Shown here: positions 9,120 through 18,384 of the stretch, in pieces
How the letters are laid out: the number at the start of each line of letters is the position of its first letter
How positions within the stretch are numbered: position 1 is the first letter of the stretch
Made by a program: the position numbers and the translations under genes
The notes under the pieces: generated by a model
Told to the model about the DNA's origin: nothing
Database searches by the model: none
The model's input: only the letters and a program-made list of their open reading frames with translations
Source of the DNA: Candidatus Aenigmatarchaeota archaeon
GTDB lineage: Archaea; Aenigmatarchaeota; Aenigmatarchaeia; QMZP01
Assembly: GCA_039091855.1 (NCBI GenBank)
Contig: JAWCLA010000003.1
Location: forward strand, 16,976 to 46,614
Length of the DNA: 29,639 bases
Reading direction: 5' to 3'

Positions 9120-10916
9120 TCAGTCCTTTTCTGCCTCCACTATTCTGGCGTATGCTGGCCTTGTTATAAGTATGCCCACAAGCACTCCAACTATGGTTGT
9201 TATTGCAAAGCCCCTTATGAGTCCTATTCCTATTGACATAAGAGGTATCATCGCTGCTATAACAGTGGATGCTGAGCTGAATATTATGAAGAAAGCCCTT
9301 TTTATCTTGTCTTTTATGGTGTAAATCCTCCTTTCCTCTGTCTTCACGAGCGCCTCGTCGGCTATTATAATCTGGTGGTCAACGCTTGTCCCTATGGCTG
9401 CTATTATTCCACCTATTGCAGCGAGGTCTATTGTCCAAGACATAAGTCCGAGTATTGGTATCAACGTGACTCCAACCAGGGCAAAAATGTCTATCTCGTG
9501 CTTCTTCCACCACGCGACAGATATTAAAATGAACCCTATAACAAGGGCTGCTGTCCATATCATAACATCGTTTACAGACGCTATTCCAAGTATTATTATT
9601 ATTTCGGAAAGGCTTATCAAAACCATTGGCATTGCAACCTTAAGCTTCCTGTACCTGAAAAAAACTATCAGCGTAACAACAGTTCCTGCAATTATTCCTG
9701 CATATATTACTGATGTGAAGAAGTCCTTTCCGAGTGTTGGAGATATTATGTCAACAGAAGCGACCTTAAGGCTTGTTGGTATCTCTCCTGACCTTAATAT
9801 TGTCTGGAGCCTGAGCTTTTCATCTGTTGCCTCATCCATCTTTCTTCTGAATCCCTGTATCTGAGGCGTTTGGTATATCTTTCCACCAAGCTCTGCACCT
9901 ATGTTAAGCTCTGAAACAAGCTTGTCATCAAGGTATAGGTAAATCTTTGACTCAAGATATCTCTCCCCTGTCTGAAGGTCTATCCTGCTCGGTATTCCTG
10001 AAGTAACGTCAGCGAATTTCTGTGCACCCCTGTCTGAAACCAAAACGACAAAATAAAACAAATATCCTCCCTGCACCGGCCTTATTCCGGAATGCTCGGG
10101 ATCTGAGTAAACAAGTTCTATGTCCTTTCCTGTATAAACCTCAGCAAGTAATATAAGTTTGTCCTGGCTCTGATTTATGTATTGGAAATCTATGCCTTCA
10201 AGAGAGAAGCTCTCATTCTCCGAAAGCGTAAGGTTTTCGATTTTGATTTTATTTCCTTCATCAATCTCAACGTTATAATATCTGTCGCCAATCTGTATTT
10301 TTCCAATCCCATTTTTTATTTCAACAGGCTTTAGAACCTTTGCAACAAAGCTTCCCTGTTTTGAAAGAAGGTTTTCAACTATCTCCCTGCTTATTCCTGC
10401 TGCCTCTATTTGTATGTAGCTTGAACCGTCCATTCCTGTTGTTGCAAAAAACTTCATCTCCTTGAGCCCATAAAGGTTTGCCCTTGTCTCAAGGGTTGCT
10501 ATTGTTTGGGTTATGTCCTCTTTTGTTACGTTGGTTGTTACGGGCTTGAGTATTATTCTTGTCCCTCCCCTTAGATCGAGACCGAGGTCGAGGTTTGTCC
10601 TCTCTATTTCCATAACCTCTATTCCAAGTGTATCATTGACGAAGAATGTGTATTCCTTTCCGTTTGCAGTAATCTTTACATTTGTTTGGGAAAGTCCCTT
10701 TGTCTGCTCTCTCCAACCATCAAGCCCCTTTGTCTCAATTCCGTTTATATGGGATATTATCATTCCCTGCTCGAGAACTCCTTTTGCAGGAGAGCTTTCT
10801 GAGATATATACTATCTCAACAGCATTCCTGCCATAGGGATATGTCTTCAGCCCTATTGCCAGCAAAGATGCAACAACAAAAACTGCAAGCAAAACCACTC
10901 TCCAATACTTCATCAT
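9120..10916 (-). CDS. secD: Protein translocase subunit SecD (archaeal, with PDZ-like insert)
   Basis: LDLGLDLRGGTRIILKP, LETRANLYGLKE, LRSGEIP, ISPTLG, IGTSVDHQIII, IRGFAITTIVGVLVGILITRPAY. ATG 10916 overlaps the secF stop (TAATG). Confidence 0.95.
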   Translation of the reverse strand: MMKYWRVVLLAVFVVASLLAIGLKTYPYGRNAVEIVYISESSPAKGVLEQGMIISHINGIETKGLDGWREQTKGLSQTNVKITANGKEYTFFVNDTLGIEVMEIERTNLDLGLDLRGGTRIILKPVTTNVTKEDITQTIATLETRANLYGLKEMKFFATTGMDGSSYIQIEAAGISREIVENLLSKQGSFVAKVLKPVEIKNGIGKIQIGDRYYNVEIDEGNKIKIENLTLSENESFSLEGIDFQYINQSQDKLILLAEVYTGKDIELVYSDPEHSGIRPVQGGYLFYFVVLVSDRGAQKFADVTSGIPSRIDLQTGERYLESKIYLYLDDKLVSELNIGAELGGKIYQTPQIQGFRRKMDEATDEKLRLQTILRSGEIPTSLKVASVDIISPTLGKDFFTSVIYAGIIAGTVVTLIVFFRYRKLKVAMPMVLISLSEIIIILGIASVNDVMIWTAALVIGFILISVAWWKKHEIDIFALVGVTLIPILGLMSWTIDLAAIGGIIAAIGTSVDHQIIIADEALVKTEERRIYTIKDKIKRAFFIIFSSASTVIAAMIPLMSIGIGLIRGFAITTIVGVLVGILITRPAYARIVEAEKD

Positions 10917-11794
10917 TATATTCCCTTCCTTACTGCATGCCACTTTATTATGGCTGCATTCTGTATCCAAGTGTTCACGAGGTCAAGAACAAGCCCTATT
11001 AGCAGAACAGCTGCTATCTGGCTAAGGACAGCAGAAACGGATGATATATAAAGAATTGCCAACGCTCCTATTGTTGTTCCTGCTGTTGTAAGCCCTGTTT
11101 TCATTGCTGACTTTATCCTTTCATCAATATTTTTTTCTGTCACCTTAAGCACCCTTGTTGTTAGGATTATGTCAGTGTCAACAGAGTACCCTATTAACAT
11201 AAGCAGGGCGGCAAGAGAAGCAAGGCTCAATTGTATTCCAAAAACCTGCATAAATGCTATTGTCTCTATTATGTCTGAGCTTGCTGCTATTATAACTGCT
11301 ATAGAAGGCACGAATGTCCTGAATATAACGAATACAACAATTGCCATTAAAACAAAGGCTATTATCACTGCGATCTGCGCCTGCGTCCAAAAGCTCTCGC
11401 CAAGCGCAGGGTCTATTGTTTCCACGGATGACCTTCTTGTGTCTATATTCATTGAATCAAGCTCGGCAAGAACCAGCGTGGAATTGATGCTGCTGTCTAT
11501 CTCGACTGATATCCCATAACCACCAAAGCCCCTTGTTTCTTTAACAAAAACCTGCCCGAATTTTTCTGAAAGCCTTTTCTCAATTTCAGGCGAATACACA
11601 GGACTATCAGTAGATACTGTTATCAACGTTCCTCCTCTGAGCTCTATTGATTTTGAAAACCACTCTCCTGTTTGAATATAACCATTAATAAGGTAACCTA
11701 TTGAAAAAACAAGAACAGCTGTTGGTATTGCCAAAAGGTACTTATAGCTTACGTCTTTGCCTTCTTCCCCTTTTTGCTTTTTTTTGCTAAACAT
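10916..11794 (-). CDS. secF: Protein translocase subunit SecF
   Basis: SIELRGGTLITV, IDPALGE, IFRTFVPS, LMLIGYSVDTDIILTTRVL, AMKTGLTT, DLVNTWIQNA: archaeal SecF motifs. Confidence 0.95.
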   Translation of the reverse strand: MFSKKKQKGEEGKDVSYKYLLAIPTAVLVFSIGYLINGYIQTGEWFSKSIELRGGTLITVSTDSPVYSPEIEKRLSEKFGQVFVKETRGFGGYGISVEIDSSINSTLVLAELDSMNIDTRRSSVETIDPALGESFWTQAQIAVIIAFVLMAIVVFVIFRTFVPSIAVIIAASSDIIETIAFMQVFGIQLSLASLAALLMLIGYSVDTDIILTTRVLKVTEKNIDERIKSAMKTGLTTAGTTIGALAILYISSVSAVLSQIAAVLLIGLVLDLVNTWIQNAAIIKWHAVRKGI

Positions 11795-11886
11795 AAAAAC
11801 ACTTGGACAATTGTGAGTTTAAAGTTATAAAAGCGTTTCAGCCTGATAGCATTAAAATCATTTTGCCAATTTAAATTAGTGATTGC

Positions 11887-12918
11887 TTGAAAGCTGATGT
11901 GGTTATTGTCGGTGCAGGACCTGCAGGGCTCTACTTAGGAAGCCTGCTTGAGAGGAAAGGTATTTCTGTTGCTATATTGGAGGAACATCTTTCAATAGGA
12001 AAGCCCAATCACTGCTCTGGTCTTGTCTCCAAAAATCTTGATTTTTTCGTTAAGCCTGATGACAGATGGATAGAGCATAGAGTATCAGGCTGCATAATAA
12101 GAGCAGGTTTCTCTGAATTGGTGTTAAAAAAACCGAGCGTAGCAGCATACGTTATAGACAGGGAGGAATTTGACCAATATCTTGTAGAAAGGTTAAACTC
12201 TCGAATTTTTCTTGGAACAAGGGCTGAGAGCATTTCAATTGAAAAAAATTATGTTTCGACAAATACAAACAAAGGGATGTTTGTATCCGAAATCCTTGCA
12301 GGATGCGATGGTGCAAACTCTGTTGTGGCAAGGTTGCTTAATTCAGGACCGAAAAAGCTCCTCAATGGTGTGATAGCGATAACCAGAGAGAAGGATTTTT
12401 CCCCATATGTTGAGATTTTTATCGAAAAGGGATTGTCTCCTGATGGCTTTTTATGGAAGATTCCGAGGGGGGAGAAAACTGAATACGGGATGTTTTCAAG
12501 AAACGCAGATTTCAGCAAGCTTGAAGGTTTTTTCAGTCTGAAAAGGCCTTACGAAAGAAGGGCTGGTATTATACCTATTGGACCTAATAAAACGTTTTTT
12601 GAGAGAGCGCTGCTGATAGGAGACGCTGCTGGAATGAGCAAGCCCTGGAGCGGAGGGGGGTTAATTTACGGGCTCACAGCCACAAGAATCGCCTCAGAAA
12701 CAATCTCAAAGGCGTTTCAGGAAGGAGAGTTCTCTGAAAAGTTTTTATCAGAGTATGAGAGGTTGTGGAAGAATTCTTTTGGCAGACAGATTCAGATGGG
12801 AATGTTTGGGAGAAAGATTTTCAATAAAATAAATAATGGGGATGTTGAAATTGCCTTGAAATTTCTGAAAATATTCACTCCTTTCCTAAATAAACTGGAT
12901 ATGGATTTTATATTATGA
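11887..12918 (+). CDS. Geranylgeranyl reductase family FAD-dependent oxidoreductase
   Basis: GAGPAG FAD loop, PNHCSG, DREEFD, GCDGANS, PDGFLWKIP (variant of PxxYxWxFP), LIGDAAG, KPWSGGGL; TTG start after GTGA. Confidence 0.88.
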   Translation: MKADVVIVGAGPAGLYLGSLLERKGISVAILEEHLSIGKPNHCSGLVSKNLDFFVKPDDRWIEHRVSGCIIRAGFSELVLKKPSVAAYVIDREEFDQYLVERLNSRIFLGTRAESISIEKNYVSTNTNKGMFVSEILAGCDGANSVVARLLNSGPKKLLNGVIAITREKDFSPYVEIFIEKGLSPDGFLWKIPRGEKTEYGMFSRNADFSKLEGFFSLKRPYERRAGIIPIGPNKTFFERALLIGDAAGMSKPWSGGGLIYGLTATRIASETISKAFQEGEFSEKFLSEYERLWKNSFGRQIQMGMFGRKIFNKINNGDVEIALKFLKIFTPFLNKLDMDFIL

Positions 12919-13341
12919 ATTTTTTTGTGGAATGTTCTCGTAATCAGGCCTGAACTTGAAACCGTACAAAATAAGACCTGACTCCTTGTCCTCCCTGATC
13001 TTCCTGAAACAGGTCTTGACAGGCATTCCTATCTCAACCTTTTCAGGTTCAATATCAACTATCTGGGAAACTATCTTGCATCCTTCGTCAAGCTCCACTA
13101 TTGCGATAACATATGGACTGTATATCCTGAAACCCGAAGGCGGAACCCTTATAACGGTGTAGGAGAATATCTTTCCCCTCCCGCTTAGTTTTGCCTCTTC
13201 TATCTTTCCTGCCCTTCTGCAGTGAGGGCATATCATTCTCTTTGGATAAAAATACTTTCCACAGTGGGTACACTTGCTTCCTATCAGGTGGTATCTTTCC
13301 CTGAACCTTCTCCAATGGAATGGAACCGCATATTCGTGCAT
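12913..13341 (-). CDS. DUF35 family Zn-ribbon/OB-fold protein (scaffold of the thiolase/HMG-CoA synthase complex)
   Basis: CTHC...CPHC zinc ribbon, GKIFSYTVI, PYVIAIVELDEG, IGMPV, YGFKFRP; directly downstream of the thiolase. Confidence 0.93.
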   Translation of the reverse strand: MHEYAVPFHWRRFRERYHLIGSKCTHCGKYFYPKRMICPHCRRAGKIEEAKLSGRGKIFSYTVIRVPPSGFRIYSPYVIAIVELDEGCKIVSQIVDIEPEKVEIGMPVKTCFRKIREDKESGLILYGFKFRPDYENIPQKNS

Positions 13342-13355
13342 AATTCCAACCTCTC

Positions 13356-14540
13356 TTACAGCTTGTTGCTGAGTATGTGAACCACGACAGTTGCGCCTGA
13401 GCCTCCAACATTATGTGCAAGCCCTGTTTCTGCGCCGCTTACCTGCCTCTTTCCTGCCCTGCTTGTGAGCTGTTCTACAATCTCAACAATCTGGGCAACG
13501 CCTGTCGCTCCAACAGGGTGTCCCTTTCCTTTAAGGCCTCCTGATGTGTTGACAGGCATCTTGCCTCCTATATAAGTTTGGCCGCTCTCTATAAGCTTGC
13601 CACCATCTCCTTTTTTGCAAAAACCCAAGTCCTCGTATGCGATAATCTCGTTTATGGTGAAGCAGTCGTGAACTTCAGCTAAATCAATGTCCTTTGCTGT
13701 TATTCCTGCCTGCTGGTAGGCGTTTTTGGCAGCAACGACTGTTGCGTCAAGCGTGCATATATCTCTTCTCGAGAAAAGGCTTAATGTGTCTGACGCCTGT
13801 GCAGAGGCTTTTATGTAAACAGGGGAATCTGTGTGCTTTCTTGCCTTTTCAGCTGGCGCAAGTATCAATGCAGCAGCCCCGTCGCTTATTGGCGAGCAGT
13901 CAAGAAGCCTTAATGGGTCGGCAACAAGGGGTGATGATAATACATCTTCAAGAGTTATCTTTCTTTGGAAGTGCGCGATTGGGTTGTGCATAGCGTTTTC
14001 GTGATTTTTAACTGCTACAAGGCCTAGTTGTTCTCTTGTCGTACCGTATTCGTACATATGCCTCCTTGCCATAAGGGCATAAACCCCTGGAAATGTTGCA
14101 CCAAAATATGCCTCTGTTTCCTGGTCCATTGCGCTTGCGAGGGCTGTTGTTGCGTGCTGTCCGTAAACATCTGTCATCTTTTCTGCCCCTCCAACAGCAA
14201 CGTAATCATAAAGCCCTGAGGCAACTGCAAGATAGCCCATTCTTAGGCCGACGCTTGAGCTTGCGCAGGCTGCCTCTGTTCTTATCGCAGGAACGTGGTT
14301 TAAACCGAGGTAGTCAGCAAAAAGCGCTCCTGTGTGTTCCTGTCCAACAAAAAGCCCTCCTGACATATTCCCGCCTATTATCAGTTGCAGCTCCTTTCCT
14401 GAAATTCCTGCATCTTCCACTGCCTTTACTCCTGCCTCCACGACAAGCTCCCTCAAGCCTTTGTCCCAAAGCTCGCCGAACTTTGTGCAGCCAATTCCTA
14501 TTATTGCAACGTCCCTCTTTGGTCTCAAATTGTTGAACAT
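13356..14540 (-). CDS. Archaeal acetoacetyl-CoA thiolase (acetyl-CoA C-acetyltransferase)
   Basis: EAACASS catalytic Cys, [43 protein letters not shown]; lies between HMG-CoA synthase and DUF35. Confidence 0.95.
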   Translation of the reverse strand: MFNNLRPKRDVAIIGIGCTKFGELWDKGLRELVVEAGVKAVEDAGISGKELQLIIGGNMSGGLFVGQEHTGALFADYLGLNHVPAIRTEAACASSSVGLRMGYLAVASGLYDYVAVGGAEKMTDVYGQHATTALASAMDQETEAYFGATFPGVYALMARRHMYEYGTTREQLGLVAVKNHENAMHNPIAHFQRKITLEDVLSSPLVADPLRLLDCSPISDGAAALILAPAEKARKHTDSPVYIKASAQASDTLSLFSRRDICTLDATVVAAKNAYQQAGITAKDIDLAEVHDCFTINEIIAYEDLGFCKKGDGGKLIESGQTYIGGKMPVNTSGGLKGKGHPVGATGVAQIVEIVEQLTSRAGKRQVSGAETGLAHNVGGSGATVVVHILSNKL

Positions 14541-15584
14541 TCATTCACCTATTCCTTTAAGTTTTCTCCTGTATTTTGCATACTGGGCATAGTTAAGGTA
14601 AACCTTTTCCTCTATCATCTCTTTTACAAGCCTTCCCTTTTTCCTTTTTTCCTCTACCAAATCCTTTACTTTTATGGAAAAGGAGTCAGAGCCTGCGCCT
14701 GAACCGTATGATGTGGCAAGTATCCTTTCTCCGGGCTTTGCAATGTCAAGTATTGCCGAAAGTCCAAGCGGCACTGCTGCTGAATATGTGTTGCCTATCT
14801 TTGGGAAGAGCAACCCTGCTGAAAGCTTCTCCTTCGGAATGCCAAATATGTTAGCAACCTGCACGGGAAACTTGGAATTCGGCTGATGAAAAACAAAGTA
14901 ATCATAGTCAGATATTTTTGTACCGAGTTTTTCCATAAGACCCTTTGTGGCTGATATTATATGCCTGAAGTATGAAGGGTCTCCTGTGAACCTGCCCGCA
15001 TGCCTTGGAAACTCTTCACCTTCCCTTCTCCAGAAGTCAGGATTGTCTGTTGTGAAAGAATATGTTCCTTCTATTTCAGCTATGATATCTGATTTTCCTA
15101 ATATGAAAGCGCCTGCTCCTGCAGATGCTGTGTATTCAAGCTCGTCCCCTGGCCTTCCCTGCGCTGTGTCAGCACCTATAGCAAGCCCGTACTCTATCAT
15201 TCCTGTTTCTATAAGTCCCATTACTGCCTGCATTCCCGCCGTACCTGCCTTGCAGGCAAACTCAAGGTCAGCCGCTGTCATAACAGGGGTTGCTCCAACC
15301 GCCTCTGCAACTATCGCAGAGGTTGACTTTACCACGTAAGGGTGGGATTCTGAGCCGACATAGACTGCTCCTATTTTCTCAGGGTCTATTCCTGCCCTCC
15401 TTATCGCATCCCTGCTTGCCTCAACTGCCATTGTGACAGCGTCTTCGTCAAGCCCTGGAACCGTTTTCTCAGACTCCATTTTCATTGCGCTTTCAGAATC
15501 GCTTCCCCATATTTTTGCTATCTCTTCTGCCTTTATCCTAAACCTCGGTATGTAAGCTCCATATCCAACTATTCCAACTGTCAT
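14541..15584 (-). CDS. Hydroxymethylglutaryl-CoA synthase (archaeal type)
   Basis: GIVGYGAYIPRFRI, GSESHPY (Glu), EFACKAGT (Cys), DFWRREG, FHQPNSKFP (His), IGNTYSA, SYGSGAGSD; start at ATG 15584 (MTVGIVG). Confidence 0.96.
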   Translation of the reverse strand: MTVGIVGYGAYIPRFRIKAEEIAKIWGSDSESAMKMESEKTVPGLDEDAVTMAVEASRDAIRRAGIDPEKIGAVYVGSESHPYVVKSTSAIVAEAVGATPVMTAADLEFACKAGTAGMQAVMGLIETGMIEYGLAIGADTAQGRPGDELEYTASAGAGAFILGKSDIIAEIEGTYSFTTDNPDFWRREGEEFPRHAGRFTGDPSYFRHIISATKGLMEKLGTKISDYDYFVFHQPNSKFPVQVANIFGIPKEKLSAGLLFPKIGNTYSAAVPLGLSAILDIAKPGERILATSYGSGAGSDSFSIKVKDLVEEKRKKGRLVKEMIEEKVYLNYAQYAKYRRKLKGIGE

Positions 15585-15650
15585 ATAATCACTTTTGAGT
15601 TTATTCAACAATTTGAGTGCTGTAATCTTTTAAAGGATAGAGTAGGTTTT

Positions 15651-15705
15651 ACGTTTATAAACGTTTAAAAATATAAATTAAAATCGTCAATAAACGATTT
15701 AATTT
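15651..15705. promoter_or_regulatory. Two related palindromic operator-like sites in the divergent HMGS/aminotransferase promoter region
   Basis: Perfect 14-bp palindrome ACGTTTATAAACGT (15651-15664) and inverted repeat AAATCGT-CAATAA-ACGATTT (15681-15700); both read CGT-N6-ACG and lie 33 bp apart. Confidence 0.5.
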
Positions 15706-15738
15706 GGATTTTTATAATTGAAAGTTTAGAGAAGATAT

Positions 15739-16833
15739 ATGCTCATACCAATTTCAAAGCCTATTATAGGGGAAGAGGAGATAAGGGCCGTTACAGAGGT
15801 ATTGAAATCAGGAAATCTTGTTCAGGGAAAAAAGGTAGAGCAGTTTGAAAGAGATTTTTCAAAATATATAGGAACTAATTTTTCGGTCGCTGTTTCCTCA
15901 GGCACATCCGCGCTTCAAATAGGGCTGCAATCTCTTGGTATAGGAAAAGGTGATGAGGTTATAACCACCCCATTTACATTTGCAGCAACCTCAAACGCTG
16001 TTTTACACTGCGGGGCAAATCCTGTTTTTGTGGACATAGAGAGGGAAACATACAATATTGACCCTGAAAAAATTCCTGAAAAGGTTTCGGACAAAACAAA
16101 AGCCTTGATATGCGTCCATCTTTATGGACAGCCATGTGATATGGATTCCCTGAAAGGGATTTGCAAGGAGAAAGGCCTGTTTTTGGTGGAGGATGCCGCA
16201 CAGGCAGTTGGTGCTGAGTACAAAGGCAAAAAGGTAGGTGGGTTTGGGGATTTGGGTGCCTTCTCGTTTTACGCAACAAAAAACATTACCACAGGCGAAG
16301 GAGGAATGATAACAACGGGCTCAAAGGAGATTGCAGAAAAGGCATCCATAATAAGGAACCAAGGACAAACGAGCCAATACAGGCATGAAATAATCTCTTA
16401 TAATTTCAGGATGACAGACATACAGGCTGCAATAGGGATAGAGCAGCTCAAGAAGATTGAAGAATTAAACAGGAAAAGGATAGATAACGCGAGGTTTCTT
16501 ACGGACTCGCTTTCTTCGGTTGAGGGAATAGAGGTTCCTTTTGTTTCAAAAAATGTCAAACACGTTTTTCACCAATACACAATAAGGGTTTTGAACGGAA
16601 AGAGAGACTACCTTCTTGAATATCTTAACAAGAATGGGATAGGTGCGAGGGTTTACTATCCTGAGCCTGTTTATCTGCAACCTGCATACATTAAAATGGG
16701 ATTCAGGAAGGGCTTGTGCCCCGAGGCGGAGAGGGCTTCAAGGGAGGTTGTTTCGCTTCCTGTTCACCCTGCCTTGACGGAGAAGGAGCTAGAAGAGGTT
16801 GTGAAAGGTGTTAAAGAGGTTTTAAAGAGCTAG
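15739..16833 (+). CDS. DegT/DnrJ/EryC1/StrS family PLP-dependent nucleotide-sugar aminotransferase (WbpE/WlbC-like)
   Basis: SSGTSAL, VHLYGQ, EDAAQA, SFYATKNITTGEGG (PLP lysine), NFRMTDIQAAIG, SLPVHP. Confidence 0.95.
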   Translation: MLIPISKPIIGEEEIRAVTEVLKSGNLVQGKKVEQFERDFSKYIGTNFSVAVSSGTSALQIGLQSLGIGKGDEVITTPFTFAATSNAVLHCGANPVFVDIERETYNIDPEKIPEKVSDKTKALICVHLYGQPCDMDSLKGICKEKGLFLVEDAAQAVGAEYKGKKVGGFGDLGAFSFYATKNITTGEGGMITTGSKEIAEKASIIRNQGQTSQYRHEIISYNFRMTDIQAAIGIEQLKKIEELNRKRIDNARFLTDSLSSVEGIEVPFVSKNVKHVFHQYTIRVLNGKRDYLLEYLNKNGIGARVYYPEPVYLQPAYIKMGFRKGLCPEAERASREVVSLPVHPALTEKELEEVVKGVKEVLKS

Positions 16834-17416
16834 CAATTTTTACCTTTCTCTTACAGATATCGCAAATTGCTGTTTTGTTTTTTGATGTTATTTCAAGCCT
16901 TGCGCCACAGAAACATACAAAACCACGCAGAACAGCAGGGTTTCCATAAGCAAGTCCGTGCTCAGGTATGTCTTTTGTTACAACAGAACCCGCTCCTATA
17001 AGTGCATAACTCCCTATTGTATGCCCACATATTATGGTTGAATTTGCCCCTATTGATGCGCCTTTTTTTACTATTATCGGTTTACCTCTTCTTTGCTCAT
17101 TCCATATGAAAGCCCTTGGATAAAGGTCATTCGTAAAAACAACATTAGGCCCTACCATTACATCATCTTCGATTATTGTTTTGTAATAAATGCAGGCATT
17201 GTTTTGTATTTTCACATTGTTGCCTATTTTCACCTTTTCATCTATGTAAACATTTTTCCCTATTGTGCAGTTTTTTCCTATTTCAGCGAATTCCCTAACC
17301 TGGGCATTGTTCCATATCTTTGTGCCTTCTCCTATTATTGCTTTTTCAGAAACTTCTGCTGTTTTGTGAACAAATATTTTGCTCGATTTTTGATTTTTTA
17401 TGCACTCATTTCCCAT
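16811..17416 (-). CDS. Hexapeptide-repeat nucleotide-sugar N-acetyltransferase (WbpD/WlbB-like)
   Basis: Left-handed beta-helix repeats, VKIQNN, GPNVVFTND, IGAGSVVTKD, GNPA and a C-terminal CxCG...CxxC knuckle. Confidence 0.92.
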   Translation of the reverse strand: MGNECIKNQKSSKIFVHKTAEVSEKAIIGEGTKIWNNAQVREFAEIGKNCTIGKNVYIDEKVKIGNNVKIQNNACIYYKTIIEDDVMVGPNVVFTNDLYPRAFIWNEQRRGKPIIVKKGASIGANSTIICGHTIGSYALIGAGSVVTKDIPEHGLAYGNPAVLRGFVCFCGARLEITSKNKTAICDICKRKVKIASSLKPL

Positions 17417-18371
17417 AGGACTTCACTATCTCCAAGGCTATTTCAAGAGCTTTGAGCCCATCATCGCCTGTAACTAGGGGCTCTCTGTTGTTTTTTATTG
17501 ATGATATGAAATCGTTAAGCTCCTCCTTTAGCGGCTCTGACTTTTTCACATTGACTTTAACTATCTCAGGCTCTGCAAACTTGACTATGTCATCGAATGT
17601 TTCAAAATTTCTTTCATACTTGCTTTTATAAAATATGAGATTTTGCGTTACGTAATTAAGCTCTGCGTAACCCTTTGTTCCTGTTACTGCAAGGCTTCTT
17701 ATTTTTACAGGCGTTATCCAGTTGACCTGTATGAACGCGTTTGTTCCATCGTATTTCAGAAGTATGTCTGCATAGTCTTCCCTTTTGTTTATGAGGGCCT
17801 TGCCTGCCTCGGCGTGTATTCTTGTGGGATATTTACCAATAAGATAGTTTAAGATGTCTAAATCGTGAACTGCCAAATCTATTATTACATTTGCATCCTT
17901 TATTTGTGGTGGAAAAACACCAACCCTTCTTGCAACAATGGTTGTTATTTTTCCTAGCTCTCCGTTTTCTACTATCTCTTTAAGCTTTCTTACAGCCGGG
18001 TTGAACCTTTCTATGTGTCCGACAGCAAGCTTTATGCCGTTCTTTTTTGCAGCTTTTATTATTTCATTTGCGTTTTCTATTGTATCAGCTATTGGCTTTT
18101 CTATGAGCACGTGTTTTCCTGAATTTATGCATTCAACGGCTATCTCCTTGTGAAATATTGTGGGTACTGCTATCGATACTGCATCAATTTCTTCTTTCAG
18201 CATTTCCCTGAAATTTTTGTAATATAGACATTTGTGCTGATTGGCTATTTCCCTTCCTTTGCTTTCATCAATGTCTGACACTGCAACAAGTTTGCAGTCC
18301 TTTAGCTCGGAATAAATCCTGGCGTGATGCTTGCCCATATTTCCTACGCCAATCACACCGACTTTTATCAT
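17406..18371 (-). CDS. Gfo/Idh/MocA family oxidoreductase (nucleotide-sugar 3-dehydrogenase, WbpB/WlbA-like)
   Basis: VGVIGVGNMGKHHAR, EKP, GHIERFNPA, DLAVHDLD; start at ATG 18371 (MIKVG). Sits beside the aminotransferase and acetyltransferase. Confidence 0.92.
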   Translation of the reverse strand: MIKVGVIGVGNMGKHHARIYSELKDCKLVAVSDIDESKGREIANQHKCLYYKNFREMLKEEIDAVSIAVPTIFHKEIAVECINSGKHVLIEKPIADTIENANEIIKAAKKNGIKLAVGHIERFNPAVRKLKEIVENGELGKITTIVARRVGVFPPQIKDANVIIDLAVHDLDILNYLIGKYPTRIHAEAGKALINKREDYADILLKYDGTNAFIQVNWITPVKIRSLAVTGTKGYAELNYVTQNLIFYKSKYERNFETFDDIVKFAEPEIVKVNVKKSEPLKEELNDFISSIKNNREPLVTGDDGLKALEIALEIVKSYGK

Positions 18372-18384
18372 AATTTCACTGATA

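Noticed and set aside
10917..10970. Longer SecD start given in the ORF track
   Set aside because: It overlaps the secF 3' end; ATG 10916 gives TAATG coupling and places TM1 at the N-terminus.
15585..15738. Intergenic gap as a tRNA, ncRNA, CRISPR array or replication origin
   Set aside because: Very AT-rich, with no cloverleaf, repeat-spacer pattern, ORB-like G-string or adjacent cdc6; a divergent promoter is the simpler reading.
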